Below are positions 28,118-41,743 of a stretch of 64,000 nucleotides of DNA, one piece after another (within the stretch, counting starts at the first letter, position 1; each line of letters begins with the position of its first letter). Position numbers and translations under genes: made by a program. The notes beneath the pieces were generated by a model, which made no database searches, was not told the origin of the DNA, and saw only the letters and a program-made list of their open reading frames with translations. Source of the stretch: an uncultured Acidobacteriota bacterium (GTDB lineage: Bacteria; Acidobacteriota; Vicinamibacteria; Vicinamibacterales; SCN-69-37); the NCBI GenBank assembly GCA_963724955.1, contig CAVRWQ010000012.1, forward strand, positions 211,514-275,513, read 5' to 3'.

Positions 28118-30935
28118 ATGCTCGCAGGCGTGGTCGGACACTACGAGATCCTCTCGACCATTGGCACCGGCGGCATGGGCATCGTCTACAAGGCCTACGA
28201 CCAGCAGCTCAAACGCCCGGTCGCCATCAAGGCGATTCGCGAGCGCGAGACGCCCGACGAGCAGGCCAAGGACCGGCTCCGGACCGAGGCACTGGCGGCC
28301 GCCTCGCTCGACCATCCGTACATCTGCCACATCTACGAGCTGCTCGAAACCGAACAGGGCTTGCTCTGTGTCATGGAGTTCGTCGAGGGCGAAACGCTCG
28401 CGGCGCGCCTGCGACATGGACGATTACCGGCGGCCGAGGCTGTCCGCATCGCGAGCGAGATCGCCGAAGGCCTCGCCAACGCGCACGCGCGCGGCGTCGT
28501 GCACCGGGACATCAAGCCGTCGAACGTCATGGTCACGTCGCACGGCCACGTGAAGCTGCTCGACTTCGGCCTCGCCCACGCGACCGCGGCGCACCCGGAC
28601 GAATTGACGCACACGGCCGACGAGGTCACCCGGCCACACGCGGGCACCCCGGCCTACATGGCGCCCGAGCAGGTGCTCGGACAGCGACTCACGCCGCAGA
28701 CCGACCTCTTCTCGCTTGGGGTCGTCCTTTTCCAGTGCCTCACAGGCGAGCTGCCGTTCGAGGGCACCTCGGGCGCCGCATACGAGCAGAGCGTGCTGAA
28801 CCGGCGGCCGAAGTCGTTGTCACGGTTCGCGCCAAAGATCCCGGCAGACGTGGCCCGCGTCGTCAACGCCTGCCTCGACAAGCAGCCGGCGGCGCGGCCG
28901 GCATCGGCCACAGAAGTCGCGGCCGCATTACGCCAGATTGCCGACCAGCTCGGGCCGCGGGCGAGCGGCGGAGCCGTGGCGCCGTTGGGCTGTCGCCGCG
29001 ATTGTGCTCGGTCTGGTGACCACCGCGGTGCTGCTCGTCCGGCAGTCGGGCCAGTCACCGGCAACGGGACTCGCGGGCGAGCAGCGGCCGTTCGTCACCT
29101 GGCCGAGCGAAGAGAAGAGCAGCCGTGCGTCGCCCGACGGGCGCTGGGTGGCGTTCCTGTCCGACCGCGATGGCAGGTCCGAGCTGTTCGTCAAGCCCAC
29201 CGCCGGTGGAGATGCCACCAAAATCATCCTGCCCGCCGGGACGGTCGAAAGCTGCGCCTGGTCGCCCGACGGGAGCGAGCTGGCGTGCGCCGTGCGGCTG
29301 CCCGATGGCGTGTTCCTCCAGATCATCCCGGCGCCGACCGGCGGCGTCATTCGGAAGAGTATTCGGCTCGAGGCCGCCAGCCTGCAGGTGCTCAAGTGGA
29401 TCGGCGTCGGCATCTTCGTCCAGGTCGACCGGCGGCCGACCGTGCTCCAACGCGTCGACTCGCGACTCGAAACCGCCACCGATCTCAGCACGCAATGGAC
29501 CCTTCCAGAGATCGACGGGCGGGCCGGCATGTTTCGTGGTTTCGACGTGTCGCCGGACGGCAAGCAGGTCGTCATGGCCGTGTCCGCAGGCGATCGGGAA
29601 GACCTCTGGATCGCCGGCCTCGATGGCTCGGCGATGAGGCCGCTCACAGCCACCGAGCACTTCGAGCGGCGTCCCATCTGGGCCGGTCGTGACACCGTCG
29701 TTTTCCAGTCCAATCGCGGGGGACAGATCGACATCTGGGCGATCTCCACCACCGATGCCCGGTCGTGGCCCCTGACGACGGGCCGGACCACGGAGATTCC
29801 GGAAAGCGCATCGGCGGACGGGGCGCTGATCACGTTCCAGCTCATAGACGAGACCGCGCACCTCTGGCTGCGGCCGGCCCCCGACAAGTCGAGGCCGACG
29901 GCGACCCTGGAGCCCGTCACAAGCGACACGCTCGCGGACCTCTCGCCCTCGGTGTCGGCCGACGGCGGAGTCGTGGCCTTTCAGCGGGCGCTCGAAAGCC
30001 CCCGAGAGGGATATGGCCCGCTCGACGGGCGCGTCATGGTCGGGATCCTCCAGGACAGGGCGCTCGTGACGCAGACGGAAGCCCTGGACACGGGCTATGC
30101 GCCGCTCCTATCGCCTGACAGCGCGCACGTCGCGTTCGTCGGCCCGACCCAGTCGAAGCCGTCGCTGCGACTGAAGACACTGAGCACGAAGGCTACGGAT
30201 CTGGTGACGGACGCTCTACTGGCATCCGGCGCCTCGCTCTTCCCGACCGACTGGACCTCTCAGCCGTTCGCGTGGGCACCCGACTCGAGCCAGCTGTTCT
30301 TCCTCCAGCGGGCGCCGGGCGCGGCGATCAGGAGTTACCGACCCGGAACAGGCGTCGATCCCTCGCCAGTCGTTGCGGCCCGCGAAGGCGAGCGCCTGCG
30401 GGACGTCTATCCCTCGTCCGACGGCCGACAGCTCGCCTACCTTGCCGTGTCCCGCGCAGGTATCGAGTTGCGGGTCGTGGACCTCTCGACACGACAAAGC
30501 AGCGCCCTCCGACGTTGGGAGACGGGCGAGTTGGTGTCCTGCCGCGGCTGGACTTCAAACGATCAGGCGGTCGTGGTCATTTCCCAGAAAGAGGCGGCGA
30601 TCCCCCCAGCCACCATCGAGCTCGAGACGGTCGCGACAACGGGGCAGCGCCATCCGGCGCATCGAATCGACGGGGTCTACTACTCTTCGGTCCGTGTGGA
30701 CGCCCGGCAGTCCCTCGTCTACATGACGCGGCTGGAAGGATCCAGTCAGAACCTGTTCGCACTCTCTCTCATCTCCGGATCGCTCGAACGCCTGACGGAG
30801 AACCGGCTGTCGACCATTTCTTTCTCAGGCGTCCGGCCGCGCCCGGACGGCTCGTTGGTTTTCGCTATTGAAGACAAGAAACAGGACATCCACGTTCACG
30901 TCGCGCGAACGTCGCCGGCGCCGGGCACGAAGTAA
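28118..30935 (+). CDS. Ser/Thr protein kinase with a TM segment and C-terminal TolB-like (PD40/WD40-like) beta-propeller repeats; one frameshift near 28940-28975
   Basis: Kinase motifs GTGGMGIVYKA, HRDIKPSNVM, DFGLA, GTPAYMAPE. After the shift: TM WAVAAIVLGLVTTAVLLV, then repeated SPDG..(V/L)AF motifs. Confidence 0.8.
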
Positions 30936-30962
30936 GAACGACGCTCACAAGGAGAGGACCAG

Positions 30963-31292
30963 ATGACGTTAGATTGGCAGACTGATGACGATGATGTGGC
31001 GGCGCTTGCGGCAATTCGCGTGCTGGCGCTGAGAATCGAGATCCTGGCGACGACGAAATACGTGACCGACCGCACTAACTTTGGGGACATCCTGCAGAAG
31101 CTGACGACCTGCACGCACTCCCTCAAGACCTTGAGCCTCGCCTCGGCCTGCTCGGTCGATCAGGACTGCCCCGGGAGCTGGCTCTGCAAGAGCGGCACGT
31201 GCGAGCCGCCCGAGAATCCGCAGGAGGCCGCCACGGCGGCGCGCCAGCGCGGCAAGCCCCGTCGGGGTGCGAAATCCGCGAAGAAGCGGTAA
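30963..31292 (+). CDS. Hypothetical 109-aa protein with a 4-Cys motif and a basic tail
   Basis: Strong RBS AAGGAGAGGA. Sits 27 nt after the kinase stop. ...ACSVDQDCPGSWLCKSGTCEPP...RQRGKPRRGAKSAKKR. No family recognised. Confidence 0.5.
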   Translation: MTLDWQTDDDDVAALAAIRVLALRIEILATTKYVTDRTNFGDILQKLTTCTHSLKTLSLASACSVDQDCPGSWLCKSGTCEPPENPQEAATAARQRGKPRRGAKSAKKR

Positions 31293-31296
31293 CTCT

Positions 31297-31392
31297 CTAG
31301 AATCGTGGTCCGTCGCGCCGCATGCTGATCGCCGAGCCCCAGAGGCCGGCGAAAATCAGCAGGCAGCCGACAATGCTGAATAAACCCAACAT
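31297..31392 (-). CDS. Possible 31-aa single-TM micro-protein (speculative)
   Basis: GAGG about 7 nt before the ATG. MLGLFSIVGCLLIFAGLWGSAISMRRDGPRF. Atypically low GC3 for this window. Confidence 0.2.
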   Translation of the reverse strand: MLGLFSIVGCLLIFAGLWGSAISMRRDGPRF

Positions 31393-31557
31393 GGCATCGC
31401 CTCGTGAACCGTAATCGACAAACACGGCTGCAAGGCGCATGCCTGGCGAGAAAAACAGCCTCGTGAGTTTGCCGGCCAGCACAGACGAAACTTGCCGAGA
31501 GTTGCGCGCGGCACATCGCACGAAGTCGTGAGCGGGACGACAGATGTGTGAGGTTCG

Positions 31558-34089
31558 TTACTCTTCCCTCAGGGCCACGGTGGGATCCAGCCGGGAGGCC
31601 CGCCAGGCCGGGATCCCGCACGCCACCATGGCAACGATCAGGAACAGAACCGCGATGCTCGCGAACGTCACCGGATCGGTGGGCGTGACCCCGACGAGCA
31701 TCGTCCGCATGACCCCGGTAAGCAGATAGGCCACCCCCAGGCCGACGACGATGCCGATGAGGCTCAGCCGGAGCCCGTGGCCGACGACCAGGCCGAAGAC
31801 GGTGCCCCGGGTCGCCCCGAACGCCATCCGCACGCCAATTTCGGCCGTGCGCTGCCGGACGATGGTCGACAGGACGCCGTAGAGCCCGACCGTCGCCAGC
31901 AGTGCCGCGATGACGCCGAAGATCCCGATCAAAACCAGGGCGAAACGCGTCGCGGCGGTGGAATCGTCAACGAAGTCGGTCATCGGCCGGACCTCCCGAA
32001 CGAGCGGCGGCCCCGGCATCTTCGCGACCTCGGCCCGCAGCATTGGCACGGACGCCGCCGGGTCGCCGTTCACGCGCATGGCCCAGCGTCCACCGGGAAT
32101 GCCGCCGATCAGGCCGGCGCTGAAGTACATCCCCTCGCGTCCCTCTTCGGCGAGCGACGTGTGGCGCTGATGTTTCACCACACCAATCACTTCGAAGCGT
32201 TCCGGCTGTTCCGTCCGGATCCGCGAGAGCAGCGTCTTGCCCACCGCCGACTCGCCAGGGAACGCCTTTCGCGCGAGCAGGCTGTCGATGACGATGTGCA
32301 TCGCGCCCGGCGGGTCAGCGTCGGTGAACGTCCGCCCTTCAGCCACCGGCGTGCCGAGCGTGTTGAAGAAGCTCGGCGTCACGAAGTACGTGGTCGCCTG
32401 CTGGAACTTCGTCGAATCGGACGCTGCGGCTTCCGTGCCCCAGCGCGCATTTGCGTTGCTGCCGTCGAGCGGCAAGGTCGTGCCGACGGTGACAGCCTCG
32501 ACTCCCGGCAGCGCTCCGAGCTTCGCGGTCATCTCCTGGACGAAGGCCCGAGCCGCGTCCGGACCGTTGAGCTGAAAGCCGCCAAGCTGGAACGTCAGGA
32601 CGCCATTCGGATTGAATCCGGGATCCGTGCGCTGCAGCGCGATGAAGCTGCGGAGCATCAGGCCGGACCCGATGAGCAGCACGAAACAGAGCACGACCTC
32701 GGCGACGACGACGCCGTTGCGGAGCCCCGCGCCGGATCCCAAGCCGGCCGCGCGTCCGGCCTTCCGGAGCACGTCGATGAGATCTGGCCGCGCTGACCGA
32801 ATCGCGGGCACGAGACCGAAAAGTACGGACGAGACGAGAGTCGCGAGCGCCGCGAAACCCAGCACCATCGGATTCAGCGACACGCCTTCCAGCCGCGGGA
32901 GGTTGTCCGGCGAGAGCGACAGCAGCAGCCTGATGCCGAAGTGCGCGAGGCCCAGGCCGATGAGGGCACCGGCCATCGCGATCGTGAGGCTCTCGGCCAG
33001 CAGCTGCCGCACCAGTCGCCCCTGCCCCGCGCCAAGCGCAGCACGCACGGCGAGCTCGCGCTCTCGTGCCGATGACTTCGCCAGCAGCAGGTTCGCGACG
33101 TTCGCGCAGGCAATCAGGAGGACAAAGACGACCGCGCCCATCAACGCGAGGATGGCCTGGCGGACGTTGGCGACGAGATCGCGGCCGATCGGCTCGACGT
33201 GAAAGAACAAGCCGGCCGTCTGCTTGATCTCGAAGCGCTCTCGAAGCTCGGCGGCGATCCGATCCGCCTCGCCCTGCGCCTGCGCGATGGTCACGTCCGG
33301 CTTCAGCCGGCCGAGCACGCGGATGCCGACGTTGTTGCGATTGCCCTGCGTGAAATCAACGCGAAGCGGGCGCCAGACATCGGGACGCTGTTCGACGCCG
33401 GTGCCCGGCCGGAACAGCAGTTCCGCACCCGGAGCGAGGATCCCGATCACTTCAATCGTCTGCAACCCGAGGCGCGTCGTGGTGCCGACGATGTTCGGAT
33501 CGCCGCCGAAGAAGCGCTGCCAGAACTCGTGGCTGAGAATGACCCTGCCTGGCGGCTGCGGCAGAGGCGGCCCCGGATTGGCGGGCGGCGGACCGCCGGC
33601 GCGGGCGCCTCCGCCCGCCGGCACGGGTCCAGGTCCCTGCTGCGGAGGTGGCGGCGGAGGCAGGCCGTCTTCATCCGAGAAGTCCCGCCCGCGCGCGACA
33701 CGTAGTCCCAGTACAGAAAAGATGTTGGTGGTGACGACCGCCGTGCGGAGCGTTTCGGTCTCGCCGTGCGGCCCTGCGATCGCTCCGCGGTTCGTGATCA
33801 CGGCTGCCAGGCCGTCATAAGACGAAGATTGCGCGCGGACGTCCGCGAAGTCCGGGTTCGAAAACGGCCAGTCGTTCACGTTCCGGTTTCGGAGCTCGCC
33901 CCAGACCACCACGACACGATCCGCGTTGGCGTACGGGAGCGGCCGGAGAAGCACCGCGTTCACCACGCTGAAAATCGCGGTGGTCGCGCCGATCCCGAGA
34001 CCGAGCGTCAACGCGACAGTCAACGTGAAGACCGGCCGCTTCCTCAGAACGCGTAGCGCGAACCCGACATCCTTCAGCAGCGTGCTCAT
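31558..34089 (-). CDS. ADOP-type duplicated FtsX/MacB-like ABC transporter permease
   Basis: Intact 843 aa. N-terminus MSTLLKDVGFALRVLRKRPVFTLTVALTLGLGIGATTAIFSVVNAVLLRPLPY is typical of the acidobacterial duplicated orphan permease family. Two FtsX-like TM blocks. No adjacent ATPase gene. Confidence 0.85.
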   Translation of the reverse strand: MSTLLKDVGFALRVLRKRPVFTLTVALTLGLGIGATTAIFSVVNAVLLRPLPYANADRVVVVWGELRNRNVNDWPFSNPDFADVRAQSSSYDGLAAVITNRGAIAGPHGETETLRTAVVTTNIFSVLGLRVARGRDFSDEDGLPPPPPPQQGPGPVPAGGGARAGGPPPANPGPPLPQPPGRVILSHEFWQRFFGGDPNIVGTTTRLGLQTIEVIGILAPGAELLFRPGTGVEQRPDVWRPLRVDFTQGNRNNVGIRVLGRLKPDVTIAQAQGEADRIAAELRERFEIKQTAGLFFHVEPIGRDLVANVRQAILALMGAVVFVLLIACANVANLLLAKSSARERELAVRAALGAGQGRLVRQLLAESLTIAMAGALIGLGLAHFGIRLLLSLSPDNLPRLEGVSLNPMVLGFAALATLVSSVLFGLVPAIRSARPDLIDVLRKAGRAAGLGSGAGLRNGVVVAEVVLCFVLLIGSGLMLRSFIALQRTDPGFNPNGVLTFQLGGFQLNGPDAARAFVQEMTAKLGALPGVEAVTVGTTLPLDGSNANARWGTEAAASDSTKFQQATTYFVTPSFFNTLGTPVAEGRTFTDADPPGAMHIVIDSLLARKAFPGESAVGKTLLSRIRTEQPERFEVIGVVKHQRHTSLAEEGREGMYFSAGLIGGIPGGRWAMRVNGDPAASVPMLRAEVAKMPGPPLVREVRPMTDFVDDSTAATRFALVLIGIFGVIAALLATVGLYGVLSTIVRQRTAEIGVRMAFGATRGTVFGLVVGHGLRLSLIGIVVGLGVAYLLTGVMRTMLVGVTPTDPVTFASIAVLFLIVAMVACGIPAWRASRLDPTVALREE

Positions 34090-34095
34090 GATCTA

Positions 34096-35218
<1,123 letters not shown>

Positions 35219-35255
35219 TGACTCTGTCAGGTCCGCTCCTGCGTGTTCCAGCCCC

Positions 35256-36450
35256 TTACATGTTTTCGATCATCGCGGTCGCGAACTCGGACGTCTTGAG
35301 CTCGGTCGCGCCCGTCGATCAGGCGCGCGAGGTCGTAGGTCACGCGCTTCGATCGGCGATCGTCCTTCTCGAGCGACGCGATCGACGAGGTCGGCCGCTT
35401 CGGTCCAGCCGAGGAAGCGCAGCATCATCTCGCCGGACAGGATGACCGACCCCGGATTGACCTTGTCCTGGTTGGCGTATTTCGGCGCCGTGCCATGCGT
35501 GGCCTCGAAGACGGCGTGTCCGGTCACGTAGTTGATGTTGCCGCCCGGCGCAATGCCGATGCCGCCGACCTGCGCCGCCAGCGCGTCGGAAATGTAGTCG
35601 CCGTTCAGGTTCGGCGTCGCGATGACGTCGTAGTCGGCCGGCCGCGTCAGGATCTGCTGCAGGAACGCGTCCGCAATCACGTCCTTGATCACCAGGCCGT
35701 CCGGCAGCTTGCACCACGGGCCCGCCGTCGAACTCGACGGCGCCGAACTCGCGCTTCGCCAGCTCGTAGCCCCAGTCGCGGAAGGCGCCCTCGGTGAACT
35801 TCATGATGTTGCCCTTGTGCACGAGCGTGAGGCTCTTGCGGCTGGTTCGCGATCGCGTACTCGATCGCGGCGCGAATCAGCCGCTCGCTGCCCTCGCGCG
35901 AGATCGGCTTGATGCCGATGCCGCTGATGTCCGGGAAGCGAATCTTCTTGTAGAGCTTCGGAAACGCCGCCGCGAACAGCTTCTTGAACTGCGCGACCTC
36001 GGGCGTGCCATCGCGGAACTCGATACCCGCGTAGATGTCTTCGGTGTTCTCGCGGAAGATCACCATGTCGACGAGGTCCGGCCGCTTGACCGGCGTCTCC
36101 ATGCCCTTGAAGTAGCGAACGGGCCGCAGGCACACGTAGAGATCCAGTTCCTGACGCAGCGCGACGTTGAGCGATCGAATGCCGCCGCCGACCGGCGTCG
36201 TCAGCGGTCCTTTGATACCCACGAGATACTGACGGAACGCCGCGAGCGTCTCGTCGGGTAGCCAGTTGCCCGTTGCGCTGAAACGCTTTCTCGCCGGCGA
36301 GCACTTCGAGCCACTCGATCGCGCGCGCGCCGCCGTACGCGCTTCGCGACGGCGGCGTCGAACACGCGCACGCTCGCGCGCCAGATGTCCGGTCCGGTGC
36401 CGTCGCCTTCGATGAATGGAATCGTTCAGCGTGTCGCTCGCCTGCGGCAT
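35256..36450 (-). CDS. icd: NADP-dependent isocitrate dehydrogenase; at least 4 frame disruptions
   Basis: Pieces [54 protein letters not shown] and [26 protein letters not shown]...[12 protein letters not shown] lie in different frames. The end ...TAMIENM-stop (TAA 35256-35258) was read by eye. Confidence 0.9.
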
Positions 36451-36512
36451 TGTCGCGTCAATCGCCTTTTAGGTCACGTCCCTGACGGACGTCACGAGTT
36501 CTTCACAGAATC

Positions 36513-36556
36513 TGTGGAAAACTTTGTGGAAAACTCCGGCGGTGCCGGGATTTTCC
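36513..36556. promoter_or_regulatory. Two tandem TGTGGAAAACT repeats plus an inverted GGATTTTCC, upstream of icd
   Basis: TGTGGAAAACT at 36513-36523 and 36525-36535; GGATTTTCC at 36548-36556. The 12-mer TGTGGAAAACTC also occurs in the 12662-12743 palindrome. Confidence 0.5.
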
Positions 36557-36632
36557 GCGACTTTCCTGCGCTGTGAGCGGATTGCACCAACATGGTGCGC
36601 TCCACCACCCGCGCGGAGCAGCACATCATAAC

Positions 36633-36708
36633 ACTTCGCAGAAGTACGCTCCGCTTCGCAGAAGTGCGCTTCGGCGTTCGCTGAAGTACGACGGTGCTTC
36701 GCTGAAGT
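36633..36708. promoter_or_regulatory. Four operator-like palindromes CTTCGC(A/T)GAAGT spaced 20-22 bp
   Basis: ACTTCGCAGAAGT 36633-36645, GCTTCGCAGAAGT 36653-36665, GTTCGCTGAAGT 36676-36687, GCTTCGCTGAAGT 36696-36708. Each is followed by (A/G)CG. Confidence 0.55.
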
Positions 36709-36719
36709 ACGGGTGCGGC

Positions 36720-37223
36720 CTAGCGGAGCGAAATCCGGTGCGAGCGTGACGTCGTGTTGTCGACGATCTCGACGAAGTCGGCGCCGACGCTGCGCACGAC
36801 GAACGTGTCGATCGTGTCGCCGGCCTTGAGCATGCGGACGTCGTCGCCATCGGCAAACACGGCAGTGCGCGCGGCAGACGCGGCCGCGCCGTCGGCGACG
36901 ATCGCGACGAGCCTGGGCAGGACGGGCGGCGCGCGGTTCGAGAGCGACTTCGGGCGCGCTCACGGGCACGGCGGGCGCCGTGCGTTCGGTGCGCGCGCCG
37001 AAGCGGAACGGATCGCGTTCGGGCGGCGGAAATTGTCGGCGTGCTCGCGAGCCGCTCGCGCAGTCTGCTCGACCTGCGCGTTGACTTCCGCGACAACCGG
37101 TGACGCCTGATCGGCCGTCGATGCCGGCGGCGACGTCTGGCCGCCCGGCGACGCGGGCGCCACGGCCCACGAGACGAGCAGGAGCACGCCGCCGAGCAGC
37201 AGAAGCGCGGCCAGTCGGTTCAT
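36720..37223 (-). CDS. Hypothetical exported protein (C-terminal small beta-domain reminiscent of GspC/PilP-type domains); 2 compensating frameshifts
   Basis: Signal peptide MNRLAALLLLGGVLLLVSWA. C-terminus ...LPRLVAIVADGAAASAARTAVFADGDDVRMLKAGDTIDTFVVRSVGADFVEIVDNTTSRSHRISLR-stop. The domain assignment is tentative. Confidence 0.45.
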
Positions 37224-37326
37224 GGGATTAGACAAGTGAATCGTAGCATGAGTACGAGGTGCGCGGCTTACAACCCAAGCCGTCGCGTAGCGTACCAGCG
37301 CGCGACGTTTCGCGCGCGCGCGAGCC

Positions 37327-38133
37327 GTGCTAAGATTCGCCGTGCCCGTTGTTTTCCCGCCTGGGCTACCCGCTTCCATTCGCTCCGCTCGAGTCGTCGC
37401 CGTCATCCCCTCTCGATATCAATCGACGCGACTTCCCGGCAAACCGCTCGCGCTGATCGACGGCAAGACCGATGGTCGAGCACGTCGTACCGGCGCGCCG
37501 ACGCAGCGCGCGCTCGTCGACGCCGTGCGTCGTCGCCACCGACGACGAGCGCGTCGCCGACGTCGTGGACGGCTTCGGCGGCACCGCCGTGATGACGCGC
37601 GCGCGACCACGCGACCGGCACCGATCGACTCGCCGAAGTCGCCGCGCGCCTCGACGGCGAGCTCGTCGTCAACGTCCAGGGCGACGAGCCGCTGATCAGC
37701 GCCGACGCGATCGACGCGGCCGTCAGGCTGCTGCTCGATCGGCCCGACGGACCCGATGGCGCACGCTGCGGCGGCGCATCGACGACCCGGCCGACCTCGA
37801 CAACCCGAGCGTCGTGAAGGTCGTGGTCGACGCCGCGGGCTACGCGCTGTATTTCAGCGCGCAGCGCCGATCCCGTTCGTCCGGCCCGGACCAGCCGCGC
37901 CGCGTTCGTGGCGCCATCTCGGCCTGTACGTCTACCGGCGCGAGTTCCTGCTGACGCTGGCGGCGCTGCCGCCGACGCCGCTCGAGCAGGCCGAGGGCCT
38001 CGAGCAGCTGCGCGCGCTCGAGCACGGCTATCGCATCAGCACCGTCGAGACCGACGCGGACACCATCGGCGTGGACACCCCGGAGGATCTGGAGCGGGTG
38101 CGGCGGCTGGTCGAAGCCGGCGCCCGGACCTGA
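37327..38133 (+). CDS. kdsB: 3-deoxy-manno-octulosonate cytidylyltransferase; several frame disruptions, start uncertain
   Basis: [60 protein letters not shown] (shifted), [39 protein letters not shown]. Confidence 0.8.
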
Positions 38134-38170
38134 CGCGATCTCATGGCCACAGACAGACCGACAGCGACCC

Positions 38171-39825
<1,655 letters not shown>

Positions 39826-39846
39826 CAGCTAGCACGCGGGCACCTG

Positions 39847-40735
39847 ATGAATCGACCGTCTGTGACCGGCCCGCTGTTTCGCCGCGCTCGTTCGCGAAGT
39901 CCGCATCGCCGACGGCGTCGTGCTCGGGCCGCCGGGCGCTCGTCCTCATCGCCGGCCCCTGCGTCATCGAGAGCGACGCAGCACGCGGTCGAGCTCGGCC
40001 GCGCGATCGCCGACATCGCGCGGCGCGCCGGCGTGCCCTACGTCTTCAAAGCGTCGTTCGACAAGGCCAACCGCACGTCGCTTGGCGTCGTTTCGCGGCC
40101 CGGGCATCGACGAGGGCCTCGCCGATCCTCGGCCGCGTCCGCGACGAGGTCGGCGTGCCGGTGCTGACCGACATTCACGAGCCGTGGCAGGCCGCCGCAG
40201 GCCGCCGAGGTCGCCGACGTCCTGCAGATTCCGGCGTTCCTCTCCCGCCAGACCGACCTCATCGTCGCCGCGGCGCGGACCGGGCAGGTCGTGAACCTGA
40301 AGAAGGGCCAGTTCCTGGCGCCGCTCGACATGCGGCATGCCATCGAGAAGGTCCGCGCGTCCGGCAACGACCGCGTGTTCGTCACCGAGCGCGGCTTCTC
40401 GTTCGGCTACAACAACCTGGTCGTCGACATGCGCGCGTTCCCGATGATGCGCGGCCTCGGCACGCCGGTCGTGTTCGACGTGACGCACAGCCTGCAGCTG
40501 CCGGGCGGCGGCGACGGCGTCACGGCCGGCCTCGCCGAGTACATCGAGCCGCTCGCGCGCGCCGGCGTCGGCCGCCGGCGTCGACGGCGTGTTCCTCGAA
40601 GTGCACGAGGACCCGTCGAAGGCCAAGAGCGACGCGCAGAACGCGCTCGCCGCTCGACCGCCTCGCGCCGCTGCTTCGAGCAGCTCGTCGCAGATCAACG
40701 CCATCGTCAAGGCGGCATCGACCGTCGGTCCGTAG
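39847..40735 (+). CDS. kdsA: 2-dehydro-3-deoxyphosphooctonate aldolase (KDO-8-P synthase); several frame disruptions
   Basis: [39 protein letters not shown]...[20 protein letters not shown]...[14 protein letters not shown]. The end ...AASTVGP-stop (TAG 40733-40735) was read by eye. Confidence 0.85.
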
Positions 40736-40742
40736 CGAGCCG

Positions 40743-41740
40743 ATGACCGACACCGAACTGCCGGACGATCCGCTCGACCTGGCGCGCCGCGTCCTCGAAA
40801 CCGAGGCGCAGGCGATTCTCGGCCTGATCCCCCAGCTCGACGGCAACTTCCCGCGCGCGGTCGATCTGCTGCAGAGCTGCGCCGGCCGCGTCATCGTCAC
40901 CGGCATGGGCAAGTCGGGCATCATCGCGCGCAAGCTCGCGGCGACGCTCTCGAGCACCGGCACGGCGGCGACTGTTCCTGCATCCGGCCGAGGCCCTCCA
41001 CGGCGACCTCGGCGTCGTGCAGAGCGGACGACGTCGTCATCGCGCTGTCGTCAGAGCGGCGAGACCGAGGAGCTGGTCCGGCTGCTCGAAGCGATCCGGC
41101 GGATCGGCGCGCGGCTGATCTCGCTGACCGGCGACCCGCAGTCGACGCTCGGCCAGGCGTCCGACGTCACGCTCGAGCTGCCACGTCGCCGAGGAAGCCT
41201 GCCCGATGAACCTGGCGCCGACGGCCAGCACGACGGCGACGCTCGCGCTGGGCGACGCGCTGGCGATGGCGCTGTCGACGCCGCAAGGGCTTCAAGCGCG
41301 GAGAACTTCGCGGACCTGCATCCCGGCGGCCGGCTCGGCAAGCGGCTGATGCGCGTCGAAGTCGCTGATGCACGACCGGCGACGCGCGTGCCGCGCGTGC
41401 GCGCCGGACACGCCGATGCCCGACGTGATTCACGAGATGTCGCAGCAAGCGGCTCGGCATGACCTGCGTCGTCGACGCGGACGGGCCGGCTCGCCGGCAT
41501 CGTCACCGACGGCGACCTGCGGCGGCACATGACGCGCAGGCCGAACCTGCTCGACCGGCACGGCCGCGGACGTGATGACCGCGCACGCCCGGTCACCATC
41601 CGCCGGCACGTGCTGGCGGTCGAGGCGCTGCGGATCATGGAAGAGCGCAAGATCACGTCGCTCGTCGTCGTCGGACGCCGCCGGCGACGGTCGAGGGCGT
41701 CGTGCACCTGCACGACCTCTGGCGCACGGAGATGATCTGA
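40743..41740 (+). CDS. kdsD: Arabinose-5-phosphate isomerase (SIS + CBS); several frame disruptions
   Basis: [51 protein letters not shown] part ...ITSLVVV...[13 protein letters not shown]-stop. Confidence 0.85.
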
Positions 41741-41743
41741 GCC

